From Barthelona sp. PCE (taxonomy: Eukaryota): a stretch of 64,000 nucleotides of DNA. Numbering within the stretch: position 1 is the first letter of the stretch; each line of letters opens with the position of its first letter. Below are positions 43,696 through 54,659 of the stretch, in pieces. The DNA lies in NCBI GenBank assembly GCA_040285745.1, contig JAUFOR010000002.1, forward strand, positions 992,001 to 1,056,000, in the 5' to 3' direction. The translations under genes and the position numbers were made by a program. A model generated the notes under the pieces. The model made no database searches and had not been told where the DNA came from. It was given only the letters and a program-made list of their open reading frames with translations.

Positions 43696-44091
43696 ATGGT
43701 TAGTTTCACAGGGAAATTAGTACTAGTTTTACTTTTTACACATTTTTATTATTCTGCTGCAATAGATTATGGAAATGATGACTATTTTACCAATGGAAAT
43801 CCGCTCTGGGAGAGAGCTAAGGAGTATGGATGCACAGATGAGCGTGATTGGGTGTGTGTTGAGTATGATACCGGCAAATTTCAGAATCATTTTGTTGATG
43901 AGTCTTTTAACGAGGAAGAGGTGTCAATTCGGAGATTTAGACGCAATACGTATGAGTATGCTGATTTATTTAATCCCTGTATTGCGGAAGCATTAGGTTT
44001 TGATCGTGTTTATGCAGGAAAGTGTTGTTTTGAGCTTCATGGAAAACAAATACACACATTTTTATGTGAAGGAGCTCGACGTATTGTGTAA
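43696..44091 (+). CDS. Small secreted Cys-containing protein
   Basis: Signal-peptide-like N-terminus and six Cys. Confidence 0.55.
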   Translation: MVSFTGKLVLVLLFTHFYYSAAIDYGNDDYFTNGNPLWERAKEYGCTDERDWVCVEYDTGKFQNHFVDESFNEEEVSIRRFRRNTYEYADLFNPCIAEALGFDRVYAGKCCFELHGKQIHTFLCEGARRIV

Positions 44092-44302
44092 ATCGATAAT
44101 TTTGTAATAAACAGGCACCGGTATTTAGTTAGATATACAAGTAAACAAAAGTGTTACATGCACCGCATACTATCGTTTCAACATATCCAGCTGATAAAAA
44201 GACTCTATAGTGGATGTAGTGTTAACAAAAAAAAATAAAACAACAATGAAGAGTTACGTTCTCTTTTTACTGGGCTTGGCAGGTTAATCAGGCCGAGTGA
44301 TC

Positions 44303-44674
44303 TTACTTCTTGGGGGTAGAAAGGTTGAGCTCACGGTTGAACTTGGAAACCATATCCATAGTGACGGAGTCGACAATAATGCCAACCTCGGGACCAGTAG
44401 GAATGGCAGAGGTGGAAGGAACGTAGTTATCACGGCGTTCGCGCTCCTCCTCAAGCAATTTGAAGGAAATACCACGTACGGGCCCGGCAGCGAGTCTACG
44501 CATAAGGTGGGTAGTGTAACCAGCAACCTTGTTCCTGAGGCGCTTGGATTGGATGACACAGACATCCTCGATCAACTTCTTGTTGAGATCGTAATCCAAG
44601 GTAAGCTTGGGGTAGTACTTCTCGATGATCTTTTTAGAAGCACGCTTAACAGTCTTAGTACGGACACCTCCCAT
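44303..44674 (-). CDS. RPS17: 40S ribosomal protein S17 (eS17)
   Basis: '[13 protein letters not shown]...[16 protein letters not shown]...[20 protein letters not shown]'. Confidence 0.97.
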   Translation of the reverse strand: MGGVRTKTVKRASKKIIEKYYPKLTLDYDLNKKLIEDVCVIQSKRLRNKVAGYTTHLMRRLAAGPVRGISFKLLEEERERRDNYVPSTSAIPTGPEVGIIVDSVTMDMVSKFNRELNLSTPKK

Positions 44675-44971
44675 TGTTAGTAGCAGACGAAAAAGGAATA
44701 AAAGCAAAAGGAAGTTAATTATGCACTTCCAAGGTTCCAATGAACTTTACTTGACAATAAATGGCGTTTGTGACTATGATTTTTACTGAGAAATTCTTCA
44801 AAAAGTATTCTACTGTTGCTAGAAGTAGAAAAAATTCACTTTCTAGAACAAGTTCTTATTTTGTAACAATGTTACAGGTGCATGTGTTTACCATAGCTAT
44901 TCTATGCCTCTCACAATTCAATAAAACCAGCAATTCGTGTAATCCTTTTTAAACGCATTATCAAGTCAGTG

Positions 44972-45193
44972 ATGAAGGTAACAGAGATTCCCATCGATTC
45001 CAATGAGACAAAATCCTTTTCAGGAGGTCTCCCTGATTCAGAGTACATCAGAAACTACATTAATCAGAATTTGGAAGCAGTATTGCAAGATGCCTTGGCA
45101 GAATTAGCAAAGGTGAAGCCTGAGGACCCTCTTCTGTGGTTGGCAAACTACTTACTCAAGAATAACACAAACACTCCAAAGGTCGAGGAGTAA
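44972..45193 (+). CDS. Dpy-30 domain protein
   Basis: 'IRNYINQNLEAVLQDALAELAKVKPEDPLLWLANYLLKNN'. Confidence 0.85.
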   Translation: MKVTEIPIDSNETKSFSGGLPDSEYIRNYINQNLEAVLQDALAELAKVKPEDPLLWLANYLLKNNTNTPKVEE

Positions 45194-45273
45194 TCTTGTT
45201 TTTCTTTTTTACATAATGTATCATACTTTTGTACTATATAGTCACATAGACCGCATGGAATAAGCACAACGCA

Positions 45274-46554
45274 TCATTTTTCAACCAATAAATGATTGTT
45301 TAACGTATTTCTCAATTTTTCGTTCTCTATGACAGTTAAATCTAGATTTAAAGGATTTTCAAGGGATAAAACAGTACATATACGCTTGAAATCAGCCATG
45401 TAATCACAAAAAACATGAAATTGTGAAACCTTTTCTTCTAAGTCAGTCATAACCATTGATAACTGCAATTGAAATTTCAGAATTAATGATAGATTGCGGT
45501 CTCTGTACAGCACCAATAACGGGAACAGATGTTTTCTAAGCAATGTGACCAGCAAAAGTTCATGTACTATATCTTGCTCTTTAGAGATGATCAATTCACA
45601 GTTGACATAAAACCGCAATATGCCCAGTTTGATATTGTTAAAGTAAACATGAACGCATTGGTGTAATTGTTGAAGAATGATAAGAGGAAATATGCATTGA
45701 TCAGGAGGTGTGATACGTTCCTTTTCTGTTATAAACGAAGCTATGCTGAATTCATCATATGTTTTAAGCAGATCTACATTAAAAACATTTGTCTCTCTCA
45801 CATACAATGAAAACTCATATAAAAAAGACATTATAGCTAATGTTTTCTCGACAATGTAAGGTTCTAGATACTTAAAAACCATCAAAACCGTCTCTTCATG
45901 TACATTCATAAAATCTTCGTCGAGCAATAGAGCAAAATTCGAAAACGCAAACTGGGATTCTAACTGATTTCCTATGTTAGAATAGTATTCACCAATAAAC
46001 ACAAGTCTTACTGCGCTGATGTTACGTTCCATCACATCAAAGCGTATCTCCAGATCTCTTACTTCAGAAATACGTTTATCGTCAACCTCGTTTTCAGAAT
46101 CAAAAACACTTTTTGTTAAGGTAGATTTTGTATTGGGGCTCACCATGTCCGCCTTTATGTTGGTCATCTGTTTCAGAAGGGCCCAACTGTGCTGTCGTTG
46201 TATATTTGAACGCTGTACGGCAAAGGAAATGTGTACCATTATGTTGACTTTAATTACAATGTTTGCTCCCAATGCGTGCGATATGAGAAGTTCATGATTG
46301 AATACACATGGGTTTCTCTGTGATACGTCTAAAACGCCATTTCCAAGTAATCTATCATTTTCAAACAACTCAAAGAAGAGTTTGAACGTGCTGTCTGTGG
46401 AAGAATAGCCCAAAATAATCGGTTCGCTACTAGTAAGCTCTTCTTTAACAGAATCTTGTACAAGAAGTAAATGCATGTCGTCAATTCGTGCATTTACGAC
46501 ATCAATTGATGTGAGGCACAGCGATATGTGTTCAGAAAGCACACTTACGCTCAT
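45274..46554 (-). CDS. Hypothetical protein
   Basis: 426-aa ORF with no recognised motif. Confidence 0.6.
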   Translation of the reverse strand: MSVSVLSEHISLCLTSIDVVNARIDDMHLLLVQDSVKEELTSSEPIILGYSSTDSTFKLFFELFENDRLLGNGVLDVSQRNPCVFNHELLISHALGANIVIKVNIMVHISFAVQRSNIQRQHSWALLKQMTNIKADMVSPNTKSTLTKSVFDSENEVDDKRISEVRDLEIRFDVMERNISAVRLVFIGEYYSNIGNQLESQFAFSNFALLLDEDFMNVHEETVLMVFKYLEPYIVEKTLAIMSFLYEFSLYVRETNVFNVDLLKTYDEFSIASFITEKERITPPDQCIFPLIILQQLHQCVHVYFNNIKLGILRFYVNCELIISKEQDIVHELLLVTLLRKHLFPLLVLYRDRNLSLILKFQLQLSMVMTDLEEKVSQFHVFCDYMADFKRICTVLSLENPLNLDLTVIENEKLRNTLNNHLLVEK

Positions 46555-46613
46555 GATTCCTACCTCATAATTGAGTAAGAGAAAGAAAAATATATATCAC
46601 TCTCCATAATTGT

Positions 46614-47399
46614 TTATTGGTTAAAGAAAACGTAAGAGTTATTCCATACAGTTTCTTCGACGGTAAATCGATCAATTTCAAAGAAATTTGCAAGTTCTAT
46701 TATAGTGCCTGCAAGAGAATCAAATCTTGTTTGAATATATGGGTAGTCACTCTCCAAAATAATCCGTTCAAGGCCCAATCTCCGAATGAGTTTGCTCATA
46801 CCTTTGCTATTTGAGAAACCTGGTTGAATCGAAAAAAGTACACTTCTGGCGTCATCTTCAACAAGATCTCGCACATACGAGTATTTATCTGTGAAATTAT
46901 GCAGAATTATCCTCTGAATTGGTGATTCTTTTAAAACCTGCGTTACACGCTTACCAGCATATCTTGAATGAACAATAATAGGGAGGTTGTACTGGTCAGC
47001 AAACGATACTTGTGCTGCAAACACCTCTTCTTGCCAATCTAATGTATCTCTACGGTCTTTTGCTCCGTCCATGCCAATCTCTCCAACACCCACCATTTTG
47101 TTCACATAACCCATGAGTATTTGATCTAAATCTGCTAGAGAATGAACCCTATCCACATACCATGGATGTATGCCCAGAAACAAATGAAATTTTATGCTTC
47201 CTTCATACATATCAATAAAACGCATACATCTATGGCATTCATTCTCAGTTATTCCACACAGACACACTTCCTTTACATATCCAATCGCTTCTAGATCGGA
47301 GTTCAAGTCAGTATTCAAGTGAATGTGGGTGTCGAAAATTTTCGTTGGTGTGTAGCAATCTTCATTCACAAAAGCTCCTTCAAGTTCATTTTTAAACAT
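46614..47399 (-). CDS. TatD-family DNase
   Basis: 'DTHIH', 'GIHPW', 'VGEIGMD', 'IVHSR', 'ILHNF', 'LESDYP'. Confidence 0.92.
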   Translation of the reverse strand: MFKNELEGAFVNEDCYTPTKIFDTHIHLNTDLNSDLEAIGYVKEVCLCGITENECHRCMRFIDMYEGSIKFHLFLGIHPWYVDRVHSLADLDQILMGYVNKMVGVGEIGMDGAKDRRDTLDWQEEVFAAQVSFADQYNLPIIVHSRYAGKRVTQVLKESPIQRIILHNFTDKYSYVRDLVEDDARSVLFSIQPGFSNSKGMSKLIRRLGLERIILESDYPYIQTRFDSLAGTIIELANFFEIDRFTVEETVWNNSYVFFNQ

Positions 47400-47483
47400 G
47401 TAAAACGAAAATTTAAGAATTTACAACCGTTTATTCAATAGCATCCTTTTCCAACATTTTAAAACACTACAAGTTCTTTTATT

Positions 47484-49934
47484 ATGCTTGACAAGCTTAG
47501 ATTAGAAGAAGAATTGACCAGCGTTGAAGTTCTTAAGAAGCTTCTTGTGGGGGATGATTCCCACAAGATGACGGCCTTGAAGCGACTGGTAGGTTGCGTG
47601 GCCATGGGCAAATACGTTGAGGAGGTGTTTGTTGATATCGTTAACCTTGTTAGCTCTCCAGTTCAACAAATTCGCCGTCTATCACACATTTACATACAAT
47701 ACCACGTTTCATTGAATGAAGAGGTGGCCATCATGGCAATTTCATCATTGCAGAGCCAGTTACTGGATAGGGATCACGTTGTTCGTGCCAACACTATCAA
47801 GATTCTGGCCAGCATGAACTTATTGTCTTCCATTCCCACCCTCCAAGAGGCTATTCAAACGGGTGTTTCAGACAGCTCCCCGCTAGTTCGCAGGACGTCA
47901 TACGCTGCTCTACTGTCCTACGTTGACATTCTTGAGTCAAATGATGCTTATGAGGATCAACATGATGATTTCGTACTCACAACCCTTGAGCGCGGCTTCA
48001 AGGACCGCATCCCGTTCGTTTTGTCGATGGTCTATAGTTGCTGGAACGCTTTGCTCCCTGATTCACACCACTTGGTCCATGATCAATATTTCAAGATGGT
48101 CAAGTATCTTGCTGACCTGGACGAGACAGGAATCCTTGCTACGCTTGACATCCTTAACAGATATGTCCGAATCGAGTTCACCGATCCGCAGTTGGTGGAC
48201 GCTGATGATGTCACTGAAGACATTGATTTTGACATTATCCACGCGGACCACCGCAAATACATAGATGCGCTCAAGATATTGTTGTTGCACTCCGCTCCAT
48301 GCGTTATTACAAAGGTGGTTGAAGCTATGGTTTCTATCGCACCACGCAGTGAGTTACATGTTGTTGTTGACCCTATCCTTCGGTTGTTAAGACACAGCAA
48401 GTCGCTCAGGCCTCTGTTGTTAAAGTTCATCGAGCAGCTCATGCTCATTGACCCTTCCCTCTTCGAACACCACTTTAAGCTGTTCTTACTGCAGCCTATG
48501 GATACGCACGAGATTGCACGCACGAAGCTCCGTTTGCTGGCGGCAATCATCAGTGAAGAGAACGTGCATTTTGTTGTCTCCTATCTCTTTGATATTATTC
48601 TCCGATGCTCCTTCCACGTTCAGAAAGAAATCGTGGATTGTCTCGGTAAGATATCGTTTGTCCAGGGCGGATTCTCCCAGTTTATCCTTTTGGAGGCTAT
48701 TAAGTTCTTGCGCTCACACAATCTATTGCTGGTCAACGAAGTATTGGTTTTGGTTAAGAATCTCGTTAAGAGACACATTTCTGTCCAACCTACCGTTGAA
48801 GATCTTGATGCAAACGCCATTTTCAGTAAGTTGGTGGCTATTGTCTTCAGTGATACCGTTCTTTTGCCTGAAAGCCTGGTTGCCGTTCTGTATCTGTGTG
48901 GCGAATACTTGCCTCGCATTTTACACTTTGCTCCTGATATGCTACGTGTGATTGCGTTGAACTTTAAAACATATGAGGTCAGTGTCAAGCTTGAGGCTCT
49001 TAGTTTTGTCGTTAAATGCATGAAGCTTTTTGATCCCCGCTTGCTCAATCCCAAGAAGGTTGAGGAGGTTGTTGAGGAGCCCGAAGAGACTCTTGATGAT
49101 TTCCTAGCCAGTGAAGGCGAAGAAGAAGAAGAAAAAGAAGAAGAAGAAGAAGAAAAAGAGAGTGAAGAACTCGTCGCTGAAGAACCTGTTCCGGAAAAGC
49201 CTGTTTTTGAAGAACCTGCCACTGAAGAACCTGTTATTGAGGCGAAGAGTGTATATCCTGACGAGCTCAACACAAAGTTAATACAAATTGTTGATTACAT
49301 CTTCCGCATGTGCCACTTTGACGGAAATCCAGAAGTCCGCGACAAGTATCGATTGATTGAGAAGTCGCTGGAGTTCGGCGGATCCTTTATCGAGGCTTTG
49401 TGTCTGAACATGCCTGCTCCAGTCTTACAGGAGGACTTGATGATCAGCAGTGGTCTCTTGATGTGCTCCATGTCATTTCACTTGGGGCGTAGGCTGGAAG
49501 ATTATTACGATCTTCCTATTTGGTCAACAGAAGTCAACAAGCATGGATTGAGAGTTGATGATACTGAGGTTGTGATGAAGGAAGACCAAGGGTTCACTAT
49601 GGACGATTTATCTTCCGGATATGACGATGAGTATGACCAATATGATGATTATGATGAAAGTGAGGTGGAAACAGATGAGAAGCCTATTAAATTGGTTGAG
49701 CCCAAGATTGAGTTAGAAAAGGGTGCCTCCCTCGATGACTGGCTTAACAGCGACGAGGAAGAGGAGGGAGAGACTGCACCTGCAGGTGCAATCTCATTAG
49801 GAAGTATATCACTTCCTGTTACCCTGCAGCAACCCACTCCTTTGAGCCCTGTTGAGGTTGAGGAGGAGGATAAGGAAGACGAACTCGAAGATGCATATGA
49901 GTCTTACTATGATAGCGAAGAAGAACTAGAATAA
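47484..49934 (+). CDS. AP3B1: AP-3 complex beta subunit (trunk plus acidic hinge)
   Basis: Beta-adaptin HEAT trunk ('DSSPLVRR', 'DHRKYI', 'EVRDKYR', 'SMSFHLG...YYDLPIW') followed by an acidic tail. Confidence 0.8.
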   Translation: MLDKLRLEEELTSVEVLKKLLVGDDSHKMTALKRLVGCVAMGKYVEEVFVDIVNLVSSPVQQIRRLSHIYIQYHVSLNEEVAIMAISSLQSQLLDRDHVVRANTIKILASMNLLSSIPTLQEAIQTGVSDSSPLVRRTSYAALLSYVDILESNDAYEDQHDDFVLTTLERGFKDRIPFVLSMVYSCWNALLPDSHHLVHDQYFKMVKYLADLDETGILATLDILNRYVRIEFTDPQLVDADDVTEDIDFDIIHADHRKYIDALKILLLHSAPCVITKVVEAMVSIAPRSELHVVVDPILRLLRHSKSLRPLLLKFIEQLMLIDPSLFEHHFKLFLLQPMDTHEIARTKLRLLAAIISEENVHFVVSYLFDIILRCSFHVQKEIVDCLGKISFVQGGFSQFILLEAIKFLRSHNLLLVNEVLVLVKNLVKRHISVQPTVEDLDANAIFSKLVAIVFSDTVLLPESLVAVLYLCGEYLPRILHFAPDMLRVIALNFKTYEVSVKLEALSFVVKCMKLFDPRLLNPKKVEEVVEEPEETLDDFLASEGEEEEEKEEEEEEKESEELVAEEPVPEKPVFEEPATEEPVIEAKSVYPDELNTKLIQIVDYIFRMCHFDGNPEVRDKYRLIEKSLEFGGSFIEALCLNMPAPVLQEDLMISSGLLMCSMSFHLGRRLEDYYDLPIWSTEVNKHGLRVDDTEVVMKEDQGFTMDDLSSGYDDEYDQYDDYDESEVETDEKPIKLVEPKIELEKGASLDDWLNSDEEEEGETAPAGAISLGSISLPVTLQQPTPLSPVEVEEEDKEDELEDAYESYYDSEEELE
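49119..49160 (+). repeat. (GAA)n-rich coding microsatellite (poly-Glu)
   Basis: gaagaagaagaagaaaaagaagaagaagaagaagaaaaagag. Confidence 0.8.
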
Positions 49935-49988
49935 ATGTTTTTGATTTTATTCCTTTTCACATCACTTTTCACCGCATAAATTATTGTG

Positions 49989-51227
49989 ATGAGTGACGTA
50001 TATGTGCCATCATCGGGTACCGATAGACGTGTTTTGAACAATGGGAGTGCTGAAACCGTCGCTTCGGTCGTTTCTCCATTCTCCTTGATGACGGAAGTTC
50101 TTGTGAAGCTGCGCATCTTGAACTATCTGGAGGAATTCCCAGCGCGCGATAGTTTTCCTGCGGTTCACCAATATAGCTTTTCTATTCCCCAAAAGAACAC
50201 CAGTGATCAATTCTTTCATTTCGCATCTCTTTCAGCTTGGCTTCTGTCAAAGTTGAACGTTGACATGCCCCTCCCTACACAATTTGATGATCCAGAATTC
50301 GTTGCTGGAGACATCCGTCGTCATGTTGCACGTGTTTTTGAGTCAATCACCGTTCAATACCCAGATTTACTGTCCCAGTTCAAGAACGTATCACCAAATA
50401 AGTTCTCTGTCCCATCATTGAGGAAAGGAAACGGGGAAAATGTCTGTTGGATTCTCAACTTCTTGTGTGACGTGCTCATCAGTCAGCAGGATAACCTTAT
50501 CGGTAGGCCCTCGCACTGGACGTATCAGTCGCTGACGGACACCGAAGAGGACGAGGACGACGAATATCTAGTTGACAGCTCTTATGAAATCGATGATGAG
50601 CTCGTTGTTAAGGCGCAGCAATCTGTTTTAACTGTCAACGAGACCGAGCGGGCCGTGTCGCGTAAGTCAGCGAAACCCCCAATAGACGAGCCAGAGGACA
50701 TTGTGTATGAAGAATGGTTAGCTCAGGTTGCCAGAGTAGCACCTCAACTGGCATCATCACCACACAGTCGTATGACGTGGCAGAACCAGCTTACTGCACT
50801 GGCGCACCACGTAAAGACATTAAGCGAAGAGAGTGATGCTATTATTCGAAACGCGACACGCTTGAAGCATCAGGTAACGAAGGATCTTGAAAAGATTGAG
50901 AACAGAGAGCAGTTCCTTGGGCAGCAGCTCGAACAGACCGTCAGCGTACACTCAACAGTTGATAAGGAGTTGCGTAAGGTAGAACAAGAGCACAATGAAT
51001 TGAGAGAGCATTTGGAGAATTCAGAGAATGAGCTCATTGACGTAGAGACAAGATTGGAGATGATCAAGGAGTCAATGGACGAGAGAGGTTCCTCAGTGAA
51101 AGATACAGGACCAGTCAAGCGAATGCGTCAAGCGATCAAAGATCTTAAGAAGGAGATAAAGGATTTACGTATTCAACAGACGGTTTTGCACACCCTGTGG
51201 ATCAGTGATCTCTTACAGTCCAGTTAA
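49989..51227 (+). CDS. IFT57: Intraflagellar transport protein 57
   Basis: 'KLRILNY', 'QFFHFASLSAWL', 'QFDDP', 'LRKGNGENVC', 'RVAPQL', 'LEKIENREQFL', 'MDERGSSVKDTGPV'. Confidence 0.92.
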   Translation: MSDVYVPSSGTDRRVLNNGSAETVASVVSPFSLMTEVLVKLRILNYLEEFPARDSFPAVHQYSFSIPQKNTSDQFFHFASLSAWLLSKLNVDMPLPTQFDDPEFVAGDIRRHVARVFESITVQYPDLLSQFKNVSPNKFSVPSLRKGNGENVCWILNFLCDVLISQQDNLIGRPSHWTYQSLTDTEEDEDDEYLVDSSYEIDDELVVKAQQSVLTVNETERAVSRKSAKPPIDEPEDIVYEEWLAQVARVAPQLASSPHSRMTWQNQLTALAHHVKTLSEESDAIIRNATRLKHQVTKDLEKIENREQFLGQQLEQTVSVHSTVDKELRKVEQEHNELREHLENSENELIDVETRLEMIKESMDERGSSVKDTGPVKRMRQAIKDLKKEIKDLRIQQTVLHTLWISDLLQSS

Positions 51228-51387
51228 TATGGAGTAAACGTGTATTATATTGTCTTTGAACAAACAAGGTTCATAAGTTAGGCTAATACTGAGGTGATTC
51301 GTGAACTGTACCATTCTTGCTTATTATATAAACCTAATATTTGTGGTGCAAAGAACTGTTTTTCATTTTTTCACTTTCTTTCAACGT

Positions 51388-54375
51388 ATGGAGGTACGTT
51401 CTTTTTTGTATTCCGTCTTTGAGGGCGATCCGGAGTCAGTATCCTTGAGCATGCTACCTTTTGACGAAGAGGGACTTCAACATTTGGCAGTCTGCATTAA
51501 TCATAACGCAAACCTGAAAAGGCTTGATTTATGGTCTTGCAACTGCTCCAATCTCGTTCATCTTTTCCCACTCATATCACAATCTCGCATAGAGTCTTTG
51601 AATTTGGGAGCGAACAATTTGGATGATGAAAGTATGTTTGTTTTAAGCGAGTATGTCCAGAAGGACGGTGCGCTTCCAGCTCTCCGCGAACTAGATCTTT
51701 CAAATAACTCTATTACAAAAGTTGGTTGTCGTTATCTAATGGTTTTGTTAAGGTTGCGCAATTTAACGAGTCTTGACTTAAGGGCAAACAAAATTGACTC
51801 AAGGGGGCTCATCCACCTGATCGAGGCCATTCCATCTTCTTTGTTGTCTCTGTGTATGTTTAATAATCCCATTCAGAATGATGGCGCACATGCTTTGGTG
51901 AGAGTTCTCAAGAACAACAAGACTTTACAGTATATAGACCTGCGTGCCACTCTCATTACCGACATTGCGGTGTTGTGTGAGCTTAACAGCATGTTGCTTC
52001 GTAACAGGACGGATGTTAGCGTTGGGTTTGAAAGAGCACCAGCAGTGAGCACAAAATTCCAGAAAGCAATTCTGCCTGTTGTATCTCCAAAGGTGCATGA
52101 GCGAGCTTCCTTTTTTGAGGTGCCAAACGTAGCGCCAGCAACACCGGTAGTTAAGAAAACGGTCGTTCAAACGATGGATTCTCCACTCGGGTCGATCACG
52201 GATAGCAGAGAGAACTTGGCACCGATGGATGCAAACGACAGCACACAGGAGTTGATCGATAACCAGCTTGATGAGATTGCATCTTTGAGGAGTGAAGTCA
52301 AGAGTACACGTAGTACACTTCTGAAGACCAGCGATCTGCTGGAGTCAACAACGACCGAAAACGTGGCGTTGCGAGCAGAGACAGCGGAGCTCAAACAGGA
52401 TAACAAGAACCAGGAGAAATCCCTGGAGGAATTGAGGAGCAATGTTGATTTGTTAACAAAACAGTTAAACTCAGCCGTTGAGGAGAGCGCTTCGTTGCAC
52501 GCAAAGAGCAAGGACTCCACGGCCCATGTTGAATCAATGGATGCTCTTGTTGCTGAATATAAGGTTATGATTGGTGAGCTTAAGGAGGAACGTAAGACGT
52601 TGAAGACAGATATGTCAACATTAACAAATGATAATCGTCGTTTGAGAAAGGCTGCAGTTGAACTGGCTGACCGTGAACGAGATCTGACCCAACTACAGGC
52701 CAAATATGCAGAAGCTGCCGTTGATCATGTGGATGTTAAAGATAAATTGGATAAAGTATATAAGGAGCTAAATTCCACCACGCTGGAGTTGCGCGAGCGC
52801 ACACAGGAGCTAAGTATATTCAAAAAGGATTACCATGATCTTCTCAGGGAAGATGAGGAGATGGAGACAAACTACAAGTTGTTAGAAAAGAGATGTGACG
52901 CTGAGAGTGAGAAAGTACGTTCTCTGGAGCAGGATGTCCAGCTCAAGGACCAGCAAATCGCTAACCTCACTGAGAAGAAGGATGATTTGTTGAATGCGAT
53001 TGATCTAGTTAAGAAGGAGCGTATTAGAGTCAATGCAGCCATGGAAACGATGCAAAACGACCTTTCGAAAGCTTTAGAGGAGAAGAAAAGCGCAGTGGAT
53101 GAGGTTAAACAATTGAACGAGAGGAATGATGAAGATTGGCGTCAGTTTTACGTTGAGAAGGATGATTATCGCCGAGAAATCGATAAAGCAAATGCACGTC
53201 GAATGGATGTTGAAGATGAGGTTCTGAGGCTCAATGGTATCATTACAGAGTTAAAGGAAGAGGATGTTATCCAGCAGCGAAAAATTGACCAACTGACGCT
53301 AGGTGAAGGAAAAGCACTCGCTGCATGTGAAGAGCTACGCCACGAATGTGCATCATGGTCAGAACGCTTCAAGAAGAAGGAGCTTGAGTATACTACTCAA
53401 ATTTCCGAAAAGGATGGTCTGGTAGAGGAGCTGTGCACTGAGTTGGATTCCACACGTACTAAGTTAGACATATCGGAGGAGACGTTGGCGAGGTATAAGA
53501 CCGACTATCAACGTGTACAGGAGGAGTACGAGACGTATCAGAGTGAAAACCCAACAGAGATGCTGGTTGACTTGGAAACTTTGAAGACAGAAAACGCAGA
53601 GTTACTGACACAGCTGAACAATGCAGCGGTTGTGTATCAGAGCGACAGCGTCGACCTAGCCAAGCAGAACGCAGAGCTTGCGGACCAAATCACAGAATTG
53701 CAGAACACAGTAGAGGAGCGCCAATCCAGACTGGATGATCGCCAGAAGCTTTTTTCACAGGCCCTCGACGAGGTGGATGGTCTGAAGCGTTCAAACGAAG
53801 CATTGAAGACAGAACTGGAGCAGGTTAAAAGTCAGCTGGGAGAGGTCACAGCGGAGCGAGATGCAGCATTGGAAACGACGACTGTGTTACAGAACCGTGT
53901 TGTTTCTGTCGATGCCATTGAAGAGGAGCTGGAACAGAGAGAGGATATACTTGAGTTTTATATTAGAGAGGTTGATGGTTTGAAATTGGAGAACAAAGAA
54001 TATGTTAAGAAAATTGAGCAATTAAACGCTAAAATTGAGCATTTTGTGGCACACACAGCAGAGTTAGAGACTGCAATGGTGTATGAAGTACAGGAAAAAG
54101 AGGTTATGACTAATATGTTAAGTGAGTTGTGTACCCCACCTGCGAACAAGCCTTCTAGTGTTATCACTGATATGTCAGAGAAGTCTCCGGCTTCAGAGCG
54201 CCTATTGAAGTCAAGACAATCGGTGAACGATGAATTAAGTAGAATTAGTGCCTCACCATTAAGAAAAACACAGTTATTTATTGAAAGAGAAGATGAATTT
54301 GAAGAGGTTTCTAACCCAGAGCAATTGTTCCGTCAGTTTTTAAGTCCAGAAGAACTAGAACAGATCAATGTGTAA
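51388..54375 (+). CDS. RNI-type LRR plus long coiled-coil protein (LRRC45-like architecture)
   Basis: LxxLxLxxNxI repeats in the N-terminal part, then extended heptads. Confidence 0.75.
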   Translation: MEVRSFLYSVFEGDPESVSLSMLPFDEEGLQHLAVCINHNANLKRLDLWSCNCSNLVHLFPLISQSRIESLNLGANNLDDESMFVLSEYVQKDGALPALRELDLSNNSITKVGCRYLMVLLRLRNLTSLDLRANKIDSRGLIHLIEAIPSSLLSLCMFNNPIQNDGAHALVRVLKNNKTLQYIDLRATLITDIAVLCELNSMLLRNRTDVSVGFERAPAVSTKFQKAILPVVSPKVHERASFFEVPNVAPATPVVKKTVVQTMDSPLGSITDSRENLAPMDANDSTQELIDNQLDEIASLRSEVKSTRSTLLKTSDLLESTTTENVALRAETAELKQDNKNQEKSLEELRSNVDLLTKQLNSAVEESASLHAKSKDSTAHVESMDALVAEYKVMIGELKEERKTLKTDMSTLTNDNRRLRKAAVELADRERDLTQLQAKYAEAAVDHVDVKDKLDKVYKELNSTTLELRERTQELSIFKKDYHDLLREDEEMETNYKLLEKRCDAESEKVRSLEQDVQLKDQQIANLTEKKDDLLNAIDLVKKERIRVNAAMETMQNDLSKALEEKKSAVDEVKQLNERNDEDWRQFYVEKDDYRREIDKANARRMDVEDEVLRLNGIITELKEEDVIQQRKIDQLTLGEGKALAACEELRHECASWSERFKKKELEYTTQISEKDGLVEELCTELDSTRTKLDISEETLARYKTDYQRVQEEYETYQSENPTEMLVDLETLKTENAELLTQLNNAAVVYQSDSVDLAKQNAELADQITELQNTVEERQSRLDDRQKLFSQALDEVDGLKRSNEALKTELEQVKSQLGEVTAERDAALETTTVLQNRVVSVDAIEEELEQREDILEFYIREVDGLKLENKEYVKKIEQLNAKIEHFVAHTAELETAMVYEVQEKEVMTNMLSELCTPPANKPSSVITDMSEKSPASERLLKSRQSVNDELSRISASPLRKTQLFIEREDEFEEVSNPEQLFRQFLSPEELEQINV

Positions 54376-54659
54376 AGTGAAAAGTTTCTCTTCTTATTTT
54401 TGTATTTCAGTTTCTAAAAAAAACGGTTTGTGGGTGGATCAGGATAGTGAACTTGTTCTATAAAATAGATTCTATAGAATCCAGGTTGAGGGGCCTAATC
54501 TAAAGATTTTTTGTGCTCTTTGTTTTTATAGAGTGCTATACATCACAGATACTGGATGTTCATGAACAAGTAAATCTGTTTAGAGTGTTAGATATGTGCA
54601 GAAGATAAGCTCAGTTTGTATTTTACATATTTCCCTACATTCATTGAATACGCAATTCA

